From: Verrucomicrobiota bacterium | GTDB taxonomy: Bacteria; Chlamydiota; Chlamydiia; Chlamydiales; 2-12-FULL-49-11 | Assembly (NCBI GenBank): GCA_018240105.1 | Contig: JAFEGE010000094.1 | Location: 1-59,190 of the forward strand | DNA: 59,190 nt | Direction: 5' to 3' | Program-made: the position numbers and the translations under genes | Notes under the pieces: generated by a model | What the model saw: only the letters and a program-made list of their open reading frames with translations | The model's database searches: none | What the model was told of the DNA's origin: nothing | Part shown: positions 45,851 to 54,007 of the stretch, piece by piece | How positions within the stretch are numbered: the stretch's first letter is position 1 | Layout of the letters: each line of letters opens with the position of its first letter

Positions 45851-48628
45851 CTACTTATCGGAGCAGCGTGTAATCTCTACCTTACTTCGATTTTGAAATA
45901 AGAGCTTCGCCATCTCCTTTATATTCTCTTTTGTAACCATCCGATCGATCTCTTTATTGTGCTCATCATCAAATAAAAGCGGGAGATCCCAAAGAATGAG
46001 ATCTTGATAAGCCCCAACCCAGCCGCGGTTATATTGGTAAGTTTTTTTAGCATCTGCCTTTAAAAGAGAAACAATTGTGTTTAGCTCTTGATCCGTAATC
46101 TCTTCAGTCAAAAGGTTCTCTATCTCTTTTTGTAGAGCCTCCTGCAGGAGAGCTTCCTTTCCCTCTTCACATGTGAAATGAAAGTAAAAAAGAAGATCGC
46201 GATAATCTGGATAGAGAGGAAAATCAGCCATAGCATGACAGCTGTAACTCTCTCCCATCTCTAAACGAAACTTAGCTAAAAGTCGCTCTTCTAGAAGGAG
46301 AGAGAGCCCCTCTAATGGATAGAGAAAGGCCTTTGGTGCCATGTTGAAATCTGTAACCCCATACACAACATAGTTTAAGCAAGGAGCCTCTATACCAACA
46401 TGAATTGTTTCTCGTCGATCCTCCTTAGGGAATGAATAATCTGGAAGCTTATAAGTCTCTTTCTCTACCTCCTTCACCTCGCCATTAAGATAGGCTAAAA
46501 GAAGAGGCTTTACCTCTTCGACAGAAAAATCCCCTACAATCACAAGCGTGTAGTCTGAAGGGCTAGAAAAAAGTTTTTGTAAAGCCTTCTCTACATCTTC
46601 AACCACTACCCTTTCTTTGCTGACATCTTCGTAAAAAGGATTGGAAGAAAAGAGGATCTCTCGAACTTTTTCTTTAAAGACAAATAAAGGGTTATTACGC
46701 TCTTGCTTCAAAGCTTCATCTGTACGAATAATAAGATTTTCTAAGGCATCTTGGTCTCTCTCTTTTGCCTGAAAGGTTGCTAAAAATAAGCGGCAATAAT
46801 CCTCAAAATACTTTGCACTCCCAGTTAATCTTACCTTTCTTAAATTCGGAAAGACCGAGATGCTATAAGAGATATTACGCTCCTGTAAATATCTAGAAAG
46901 AGCCTCGCCATTTAAATTACCAACCCCTTTAAGAATTTTGTAATCGTTTGCTAAAGAGAGCGCCTTATAATCTTCCTTAGAAAAAAGCGTCTTCCCCCCG
47001 GGAGCAAAGGCCAAAAAAACCACCTGATCTTTTTCTAGATTAGTCGGCTGCAAGATAACTCTAAGGCCATTATTTAGAGACAATACTGTATAACCAGAGC
47101 CCTCTTTAGTCTCTAGATAAGGAAAATCTCTCTTATCGATTGCAACTTCTAAGTCCTCAAATAGAGCCTCCTCCTCTTTCTCGATCACTATATTCTCTAA
47201 CGCAGCTAGAGACTCTTCTACCATCTCTTCCGAAAGAGCCCCCTTTTTAGAGGCTGTAAAAAATATATGAAACGCCTCAAAAGGAAAATTCTCCTCTGCA
47301 AAGAGGCGTATATCTTCTGGAGTAATCTCCTCTAAAATCTCTTGCATAGCCAAATTTATCTCTCTTCCTCGATAAAAGGGTCTACCCTCTAAGAAATTGT
47401 CAATATAACGATCCGCAAACTCTTCATGCTCGCGTCTTCCTTCATTCCTCTCTTTTCTTGAAAAAGACTCTCTATAAGCCGCTATGAGATTGGCAACTTC
47501 TTCCTCTGAAGGACCAATTTGGCGCATTTTTTCAATCTCTTTATAAACCCCTTTAAGGGCATCTAAGGGTCTATCTTCAAAGTAGCTAGCTCCTAAAAAG
47601 AGGGTTTGATACCCCTCTGCAAAATCAACCGAACCTATACCTGCCCCTAAAAAAGGTGGAGGATTTTTTCGAGAAGCCTTCTCTAAGCGAGCCTCTATAC
47701 AATCCTGTAAAAGGCTCTCCATAAGACCATATTTTACCCCATCTCTAGTAAGATTTTTTGCATAATACCTCTCTTCCAAAAGGTATAAAGCGATCGTATG
47801 AAAGGGTATCTCTCGATCGATAAAGCCTTTAACCACTCTCTCTTTTGGAAGATCGATCTTATACGAGGGCTCTTCTATCTCTTCTTTACTCGCCTCTAAG
47901 TAGCTAAAATGGCTCTCTATATAACTCTCGACCTCTCTCACATCAAAATCACCAACAACTATAAGAGCCATACGCTCTGGGCGATACATTCTCTCATAAA
48001 AACCTCTTATAGTGGCGACATCAGCGGTCATTATAACTTCTTTAAGCCCAATAGGCATCCTCTCGTTATAGAGGGAATCCTTACAAAAAGTGCGGTAAAA
48101 TTCCTTAGAGAGTCTTGTGTTTACGTTTTTTGAAAGGTTGTACTCATCCATTACAATCTTACGCTCTTTAGCAATGATCTCTGGATCGAGCGTTAAGCGG
48201 CCTGCCATATCTCCTAAAATAAAAAGACCGCGCTCTAAAACCTCTTTAGTGGCGTTTGGCAAATCTAATTCATAAGTGGTATGGCCAAAGGTTGTATGAG
48301 CGTTTGTATCGGCACCAAATTTAGCTCCTATGCTCTCTAGATAACGGATCATCTCCCAATCCTTTACATTTTTAGAGCCATGAAAACACATATGCTCTAA
48401 AAAATGGGCAATTCCTCTCTCCTCTTCTTCTTCATGTAAAGAGCCAGCTTTGATGACCAATCGAATGACAGCACTCTCTTTAGGAAAACTATTTTTTTGA
48501 ACGTAGTAGGTAAGCCCGTTAGGTAATTTACCAACAACCGCTCTATCCTCTAAAGGAAAGCTCTCCTCAGCCCTAAGGACAAAGGCTATAGAAATAAAAA
48601 AGACAACAAAACCAAACTTTTTTCTCAT
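45851..48628 (-). CDS. secreted M16-family (insulinase/pitrilysin-like) zinc peptidase
   Basis: Signal peptide, an HFLEHMCFHG (HxxEH) zinc site, and 925 aa (a double M16 unit). Confidence 0.9.
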   Translation of the reverse strand: MRKKFGFVVFFISIAFVLRAEESFPLEDRAVVGKLPNGLTYYVQKNSFPKESAVIRLVIKAGSLHEEEEERGIAHFLEHMCFHGSKNVKDWEMIRYLESIGAKFGADTNAHTTFGHTTYELDLPNATKEVLERGLFILGDMAGRLTLDPEIIAKERKIVMDEYNLSKNVNTRLSKEFYRTFCKDSLYNERMPIGLKEVIMTADVATIRGFYERMYRPERMALIVVGDFDVREVESYIESHFSYLEASKEEIEEPSYKIDLPKERVVKGFIDREIPFHTIALYLLEERYYAKNLTRDGVKYGLMESLLQDCIEARLEKASRKNPPPFLGAGIGSVDFAEGYQTLFLGASYFEDRPLDALKGVYKEIEKMRQIGPSEEEVANLIAAYRESFSRKERNEGRREHEEFADRYIDNFLEGRPFYRGREINLAMQEILEEITPEDIRLFAEENFPFEAFHIFFTASKKGALSEEMVEESLAALENIVIEKEEEALFEDLEVAIDKRDFPYLETKEGSGYTVLSLNNGLRVILQPTNLEKDQVVFLAFAPGGKTLFSKEDYKALSLANDYKILKGVGNLNGEALSRYLQERNISYSISVFPNLRKVRLTGSAKYFEDYCRLFLATFQAKERDQDALENLIIRTDEALKQERNNPLFVFKEKVREILFSSNPFYEDVSKERVVVEDVEKALQKLFSSPSDYTLVIVGDFSVEEVKPLLLAYLNGEVKEVEKETYKLPDYSFPKEDRRETIHVGIEAPCLNYVVYGVTDFNMAPKAFLYPLEGLSLLLEERLLAKFRLEMGESYSCHAMADFPLYPDYRDLLFYFHFTCEEGKEALLQEALQKEIENLLTEEITDQELNTIVSLLKADAKKTYQYNRGWVGAYQDLILWDLPLLFDDEHNKEIDRMVTKENIKEMAKLLFQNRSKVEITRCSDK

Positions 48629-48713
48629 AAAGAGCTCCTTTTAAATGAAAAAGCAGAATAACAGCTTTCAATCTTATTGCAGATAAAAAACAGAGTTTTA
48701 TAGAGCTAAGGGT

Positions 48714-49880
48714 ATGAGCGGGCTTTATTTACTAAATATTATACAGTTTTGCGCGGCTTTGAATGAAAATTTATATAAAATGATTACAGCCTTTTTTGTA
48801 ATCTCCCTCTACGGAGAGGGTTACACATCGAGCACGCTAGCCTATGTAGGAGCTCTGGCTCTCTTGCCATTTCTTTTGTTCTCTACTCCTGGCGGCATTT
48901 TAGCGGATAGATACAGTAAAACTAAGATCACCCAAGCAACACGGATCGCCTCTTTCATTATTGTTTTACTCGGGACCCTCTTTTTCTTCCTACAATCGAT
49001 CTCAGGAACCTATCTTTGCCTTTTCCTGCTCTCAGCTGTAGAGGCGCTTTTTGGCCCCTCTAAATACGGCATTCTACCGGAGATTTATCCACCTGAGAAG
49101 ATCCTCTACGCCAATAGCGTTATCGCCTCTTTTACTTTCTTTGGAATCCTGATCGGCACGGCTTTAGCCTCTTTCTTTATCACCTTCTCCTGGGCTTTTC
49201 TTACCTTAACCCTGCTTGCTCTCTTGCAACTTGTTTTAAGCTTTTTCTTACCAACCACAACCCCCCTTCTCGTTCAGAAAAAAGAGATCTTTCACTACCA
49301 AGAGCTTTGGCTCTCTCTAAAAGAGATGAAGGCAATTGAAGCTCTTTTACCCTCTACCTTAGCCTTTGCCTATTTTCTCTTTATCGGCGCCTTTTTACAG
49401 CTAAACATGATCCCCTTTTCTCTAGAGACGCTTAATATCTCCATGCAAGATGGTGGCTATCTCTTTCTTTTAAGCTCTATCGGTATGGGTCTTGGCTCTT
49501 TTTTCTCACACCGCTTCTCTAAAGAAAAAATCCCCCTAACAACAACTCCCTTCTTAGGCTGGGGGATCTCGCTTTCTCTTCTTGGTCTTGTTCTATTCCC
49601 AAAGCCTCTTTTTCTAACCATATTTTGGCTCTTCGCCCTCGGGATCTTAGGAGGCCTTTTCCTTGTCCCTTTAGAGGCTTACATCCTTATTGCCAGCCCC
49701 GCCCCTACTCGCGGCCGAAACTTTAGCACAGCCAATTTTTTAAGCTTCCTATTTGCCGTTTTAGGAGCCGTAGCTCTCTATCTCTTAAATGATTTACTTG
49801 GCCTCTCAGCCAGGCTCTCCTTTCTTCTTATCGCAGCGGTTAACGCCCTTTTTATGCTGTTCTTTAGAAGATCTCTATAA
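48714..49880 (+). CDS. MFS transporter (LplT-like)
   Basis: About 12 hydrophobic helices with a GGILADRYSK loop 2-3 motif. Confidence 0.7.
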   Translation: MSGLYLLNIIQFCAALNENLYKMITAFFVISLYGEGYTSSTLAYVGALALLPFLLFSTPGGILADRYSKTKITQATRIASFIIVLLGTLFFFLQSISGTYLCLFLLSAVEALFGPSKYGILPEIYPPEKILYANSVIASFTFFGILIGTALASFFITFSWAFLTLTLLALLQLVLSFFLPTTTPLLVQKKEIFHYQELWLSLKEMKAIEALLPSTLAFAYFLFIGAFLQLNMIPFSLETLNISMQDGGYLFLLSSIGMGLGSFFSHRFSKEKIPLTTTPFLGWGISLSLLGLVLFPKPLFLTIFWLFALGILGGLFLVPLEAYILIASPAPTRGRNFSTANFLSFLFAVLGAVALYLLNDLLGLSARLSFLLIAAVNALFMLFFRRSL

Positions 49881-49957
49881 CGCTTCTCAATTTTCTAGGC
49901 TCTAATCCTCTCACTTGCTACTCTTGTAGGGAAAAATTCTGCCCTTAAAGGATTAAC

Positions 49958-50764
49958 ATGACAGCTATTGGCAATATGACATCTCATTTCCTTAATACAT
50001 GGGGGGAGCCAATTGCCCGTGCTGTTATTAGCACAGCTACGGAAGATTCAAAAGCGGGCCGCGTTGCCAGAAATATACTTCTTGTAGGCGGCGGTATTTG
50101 CGCTTTAGTTAGAAGCTTTAGAAGAAAAGAGGCGGAAACTACTCTACCCCAAAAAGCTTCAAGTGTAGCTTTAAAAGTTCTTTCTGTTGTTGCCATAGCT
50201 TATGGCTCCTACAGAATCGTGGAAGAGCTCCAAGAACCAGAACTTCCACCCGAGGCTGCTTTTGTCCCCTATTTTGACCCATCTACCGTTAGAGTTGTTC
50301 ACTGCCAAGACCGAGAAGCTTTACTAGAGCCTTTTAGTAACTGCACAGCCACGCGCACCCTCGTTCAAGAATTAGGTGAGAGGGGTCCTTTTACTATCTC
50401 TTGCAAAGCGCCGGAAGGAAAACCAAGATCGTATGTTGATCTTGAAAATCGAGTTTCCTATATTTCTGAAGAAAAGATAGGCCGTGTATTGCATGGGTTA
50501 ATCTCTCTTATTAACAGAGAGACTCTACAGAGGGGGATAGACACTATGTGCTATTTACCACCGAATGAGTATGCAGCCGTCGCAGAAGAGACTGAACATG
50601 AATTAATTACAGCTATTAACGTTGTAACAAAAATGTGCATAGACGAGAGAGCTTGGCCTGGCGTAGCCCTACCAAAAGATAGTAGTAGTGATTGTAGAGA
50701 CTGTTTCAGAAAAGATTACTACTCGCTCTGGTATTATCTTTGCGAGCACAGGAGAGCGATGTAG
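49958..50764 (+). CDS. hypothetical membrane-anchored protein, 268 aa
   Basis: Two hydrophobic segments near the N-terminus and a Cys-containing C-terminal domain. No family recognised. Confidence 0.5.
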   Translation: MTAIGNMTSHFLNTWGEPIARAVISTATEDSKAGRVARNILLVGGGICALVRSFRRKEAETTLPQKASSVALKVLSVVAIAYGSYRIVEELQEPELPPEAAFVPYFDPSTVRVVHCQDREALLEPFSNCTATRTLVQELGERGPFTISCKAPEGKPRSYVDLENRVSYISEEKIGRVLHGLISLINRETLQRGIDTMCYLPPNEYAAVAEETEHELITAINVVTKMCIDERAWPGVALPKDSSSDCRDCFRKDYYSLWYYLCEHRRAM

Positions 50765-50765
50765 C

Positions 50766-51110
50766 ATGATAGAAGAGCTTATTGAAAAAGTTGGCATCCC
50801 CTACATCAAACGCCACATCTTTTTGTGTGCAGACCAAACAAACCCTAAGTGCTGCCAAAAAGAGGTTGGGCTCGCTTCGTGGGATTATTTAAAGAATCGT
50901 CTGAAAGAACTACACCTTAGCGAACAAGGGGGCATTTATCGCTCTAAAGTTAACTGCCTTCGCCTTTGTACAAAGGGGCCTTTAGCTGTTGTCTACCCAG
51001 AAGGCGTTTGGTATCACTCTTGCACCCCCGAAGTATTAGAGCGCATCATCCAAGAGCATCTTATCGGTGGCGTACCTGTTGTAGAATATCTTCTCTACCA
51101 GCACGCCTAG
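50766..51110 (+). CDS. thioredoxin-like [2Fe-2S] ferredoxin family protein
   Basis: [14 protein letters not shown] ... [21 protein letters not shown] pattern. The internal ATG at 50766 is preferred because the upstream part of ORF 50688 overlaps the preceding gene. Confidence 0.7.
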   Translation: MIEELIEKVGIPYIKRHIFLCADQTNPKCCQKEVGLASWDYLKNRLKELHLSEQGGIYRSKVNCLRLCTKGPLAVVYPEGVWYHSCTPEVLERIIQEHLIGGVPVVEYLLYQHA

Positions 51111-51118
51111 ACCCTTCT

Positions 51119-51661
51119 TCATCCTAGAGGGATTTTAGGAAAGGTTGTGATACGAATGATGACAAAGACTTCCGTCCCATGGATCTCTGACGGCATGTTT
51201 TGGAGCGGGAAAAAGAGCTTATCGTGTCTTACCTGGATATTTCGAATAAACTGGTCATCCTCTAGAAGGCAATAAAAGGGACTCTCGCCTTCTAGGGGCT
51301 CCTCTTTTCGAATTTCATTGCTGTTTTGCGGCATGCGTAGACCATCCAGGAGAACCTTTAGGAGGTTATCAATATCCCCTGTTGGATAGTTATGCTTACA
51401 GCAAGGCTCCATATGACTTAAAATAGTGAGATCTAAATCGACCACCTTTTGACACTGCTTTGTAACAAGAGGCAGAAAGGTAAAGGGGCCTACTTTACGA
51501 ATTTTCTTCTCACAAAAGCCGATCTCTTCGGACATATTGTAGCTATCGAGATAGCAATGAACGCGCTTTAATTGCGAGAGAAAGTTGCGTCTATATTCGA
51601 ACTTCTGCTTTGTATGACCTCTAGTCGAGACCTTACCTTGGTATTTGAGATAAAACTGCAT
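51119..51661 (-). CDS. RusA-like endodeoxyribonuclease (Holliday junction resolvase family), atypically long
   Basis: GDIDNLLKVLLDGL and LLEDDQFIRNIQV align with E. coli RusA RDLDNLQKAAFDAL and WLDDAQVVDYRV, the catalytic Asp/Asp/Lys/Asp positions. 180 aa versus about 120 for RusA. Confidence 0.55.
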   Translation of the reverse strand: MQFYLKYQGKVSTRGHTKQKFEYRRNFLSQLKRVHCYLDSYNMSEEIGFCEKKIRKVGPFTFLPLVTKQCQKVVDLDLTILSHMEPCCKHNYPTGDIDNLLKVLLDGLRMPQNSNEIRKEEPLEGESPFYCLLEDDQFIRNIQVRHDKLFFPLQNMPSEIHGTEVFVIIRITTFPKIPLG

Positions 51662-51786
51662 ATCTATAAATAAATTTTTTATTATTATTTAATTATAGAA
51701 TACCAATTTAAGACTTAATTAGCGTGTGCGTTTTTGCAAGCATAGACTTATGCTTTTAAAACCGTGTTAGATAAAAAGCCGCTCTT

Positions 51787-52539
51787 TTAACGAAAAGCAA
51801 ACTCTACTTTTGTTTCTACACGAGAGATAGACTCATGTTCAGGAAATATGGTCGTTGTTGTTATGGTTCCATACTTGTAATCATCTGATTCGACTGCATC
51901 CATACTAGAATACAACTTAGCTATATATGTGCCAGTAACGATAACTCTACCTGGCGTTTCCTCTCTTGTAACCCGAAGAACCCACCCCCCCTTCTCTTGC
52001 TTTAACACCACTTCCTCAAAACCCGGACGCTCTTTTATTTTTGCCTGTGCCCATCCTTGTGCTATTTGTGTAAGAAAAGCGGGTAGTTTTTTGCTAACAG
52101 TTGCATCAAGGCCTTGTGTAATCTCTGCAAGAGCCACATTATGACCCTGTATATCTGCTTTATGAGTCTCTGTGTTGATATAAACAATATCCCCAATGTA
52201 TCTTGTAACTCTGTGAATATCTTGTTCGAGTTGAGATGCGGCCTTTTCTGCATCGATTGTATGAAGATCGGTTCCAAAAGTAAAATCCCCCTCTACAGAA
52301 TCGCATTCTCCTCCTATTTCTCTTACAGTTGCTACGGAAGTTGGAGAAGACCCATCATCAGAGCTCCCTCTTAAAACTGAAGCTGCCTCAGAAATTCGAC
52401 CATCGCTTGGACCCTTTACCGCAACTAGGCGCGATAAGCATGATCCAAGGCCACCCCAATGTTTTTGAGGAGTCACTTTACAACCGGCACCTTTCGCACC
52501 CATACCGCAAAATGCTCTTAAACTATCCATAAACCCCAC
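51787..52539 (-). CDS. hypothetical protein, 250 aa, N-terminus MGFMDS...C
   Basis: ORF flanked by AT-rich spacers. No family recognised. Confidence 0.55.
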   Translation of the reverse strand: MGFMDSLRAFCGMGAKGAGCKVTPQKHWGGLGSCLSRLVAVKGPSDGRISEAASVLRGSSDDGSSPTSVATVREIGGECDSVEGDFTFGTDLHTIDAEKAASQLEQDIHRVTRYIGDIVYINTETHKADIQGHNVALAEITQGLDATVSKKLPAFLTQIAQGWAQAKIKERPGFEEVVLKQEKGGWVLRVTREETPGRVIVTGTYIAKLYSSMDAVESDDYKYGTITTTTIFPEHESISRVETKVEFAFR

Positions 52540-52951
52540 AATACCTTATTATTATAGAGTTAATTATTGACGCGAATTGAGCTTGTAAAATATTTAATAC
52601 GCTCAAAATCAACATTTTACGGAATTTTTCACTATAAATATTAGAAAACCTAAAGCGCAGGCTTTTTAAACCGGCCCCTGATTGCTAAGCTTAGGCTCTC
52701 TCTTTAGCCAGCTGTCCGAGCGAAAGCGTTTAAAGCAAGAGCGCACCAAACTCCAAACTCTTATGAAGCGGTCGGAGTAATTGCTAGCCACAAACGTAGG
52801 AATTAGCTGCGTAAGAGTTATTAAATGCATCTCTATATAGATCCTTTGAACTAACGCTCATCACAACATTAAATTTACAGTAATACAATATTATAATTTA
52901 ATTTGTTTATAAATAAAATATAAAGATTACTTTAATCTAAAGTTAAAATAA

Positions 52952-53659
52952 TTACATGAATAAATAGCGGTAAAGAAGACTTCCTAAGAGCCCTCCTACA
53001 ATCGGACCACAAAGAGGAACCCAGGCATAGTGCCAATTCGAATCTCTAAAAGAGTAAAGAAGCGAATGAGCCAAGCGAGGCGCAAGATCCCTTGCAGGAT
53101 TTATCGCATAACCGGTAGGCCCTCCTAAAGAGATACCAATACCAAAAACCGCAAGACCTATCAAAAGAGGTGCAAAACCTATGGGAAGGTCGTTATGAAC
53201 ATTAATGATGCCCAGAACAGAGAAGACAAGAGCAAAGGTTGCTATTACCTCTGTTATAAAGTTCCAAAAGGGGTAATCTACCGCTGGCTCTGTACAAAAA
53301 GTCATCCGACGTAAAGCCGTATCACCCTCTAATCGATAGTGCGGATAGTAAGTACAATAGACAGCTAAAGCTCCCAAAAAGGCCCCAAGAAACTGTCCAA
53401 CTAGATACATCGGTACCTCTTGCCAGCTTAATTTGCCGATAGTCGCAAAAGCAAGTGTTACAGCTGGATTTACATGCGCATCACTAAGCCAACCGCAAAC
53501 GTAAACAGCTAAAGCAACCGCTACTCCCCAACCTGCCGTAATAACAATCCAACCACTTCCTCTACCCTTTGACTCTCTAAGTAGCACATTGGCAACGGCT
53601 CCATTACCAAATAGTATCAAAAGAAACGTGCCGATGCACTCACCTAGCAAAACTTTCAT
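52952..53659 (-). CDS. glpF: MIP-family channel (aquaglyceroporin)
   Basis: Two NPA boxes (HVNPAVTLA and INPARDLAPR) and six TM segments. Confidence 0.9.
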   Translation of the reverse strand: MKVLLGECIGTFLLILFGNGAVANVLLRESKGRGSGWIVITAGWGVAVALAVYVCGWLSDAHVNPAVTLAFATIGKLSWQEVPMYLVGQFLGAFLGALAVYCTYYPHYRLEGDTALRRMTFCTEPAVDYPFWNFITEVIATFALVFSVLGIINVHNDLPIGFAPLLIGLAVFGIGISLGGPTGYAINPARDLAPRLAHSLLYSFRDSNWHYAWVPLCGPIVGGLLGSLLYRYLFM

Positions 53660-53728
53660 ACCCTCTCCTATCTCTCTAAAAACTTAAACAAAGAAAAAAG
53701 GGCTAATTTTAGCAAGGCTGTTTTATAA

Positions 53729-53950
53729 AAAGGAAGGGACTGGCCAAATACATCTAGGGAGCGCAGCTAAAATTTCAGAAGAACTTACACGCTTAATGCC
53801 CGATCTATGGAAAGAGATGACAGAAAAAACACTCACTTACACAGCCCGCTATTTACCCGAAAAGAGTTGGCGGAGTAATTAGATGCAGCGGGCAAACCCC
53901 TCTTGCGCCACCATAAAAACGCTATTTGGAACACAAGATCGAAAATAGGC
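53729..53950 (+). pseudogene. internal fragment of a TauD-like dioxygenase gene (decayed duplicate of 57689..57910)
   Basis: Ungapped alignment by eye gives about 190 of 220 nt identical to the intact gene, in the same orientation. In the homologous frame there are stops at 53880..53882 and 53946..53948. Confidence 0.8.
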
Positions 53951-54007
53951 AAAGCCGATTCTTGCATCACGAGCGGTATATAGCACTTGTGTTAACTCTT
54001 GTCTAAC

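Noticed and set aside
50688-50765. Upstream extension of the thioredoxin-like ferredoxin ORF
   Set aside because: It overlaps the 3' end of the preceding gene in another frame. The conserved domain begins after the ATG at 50766.
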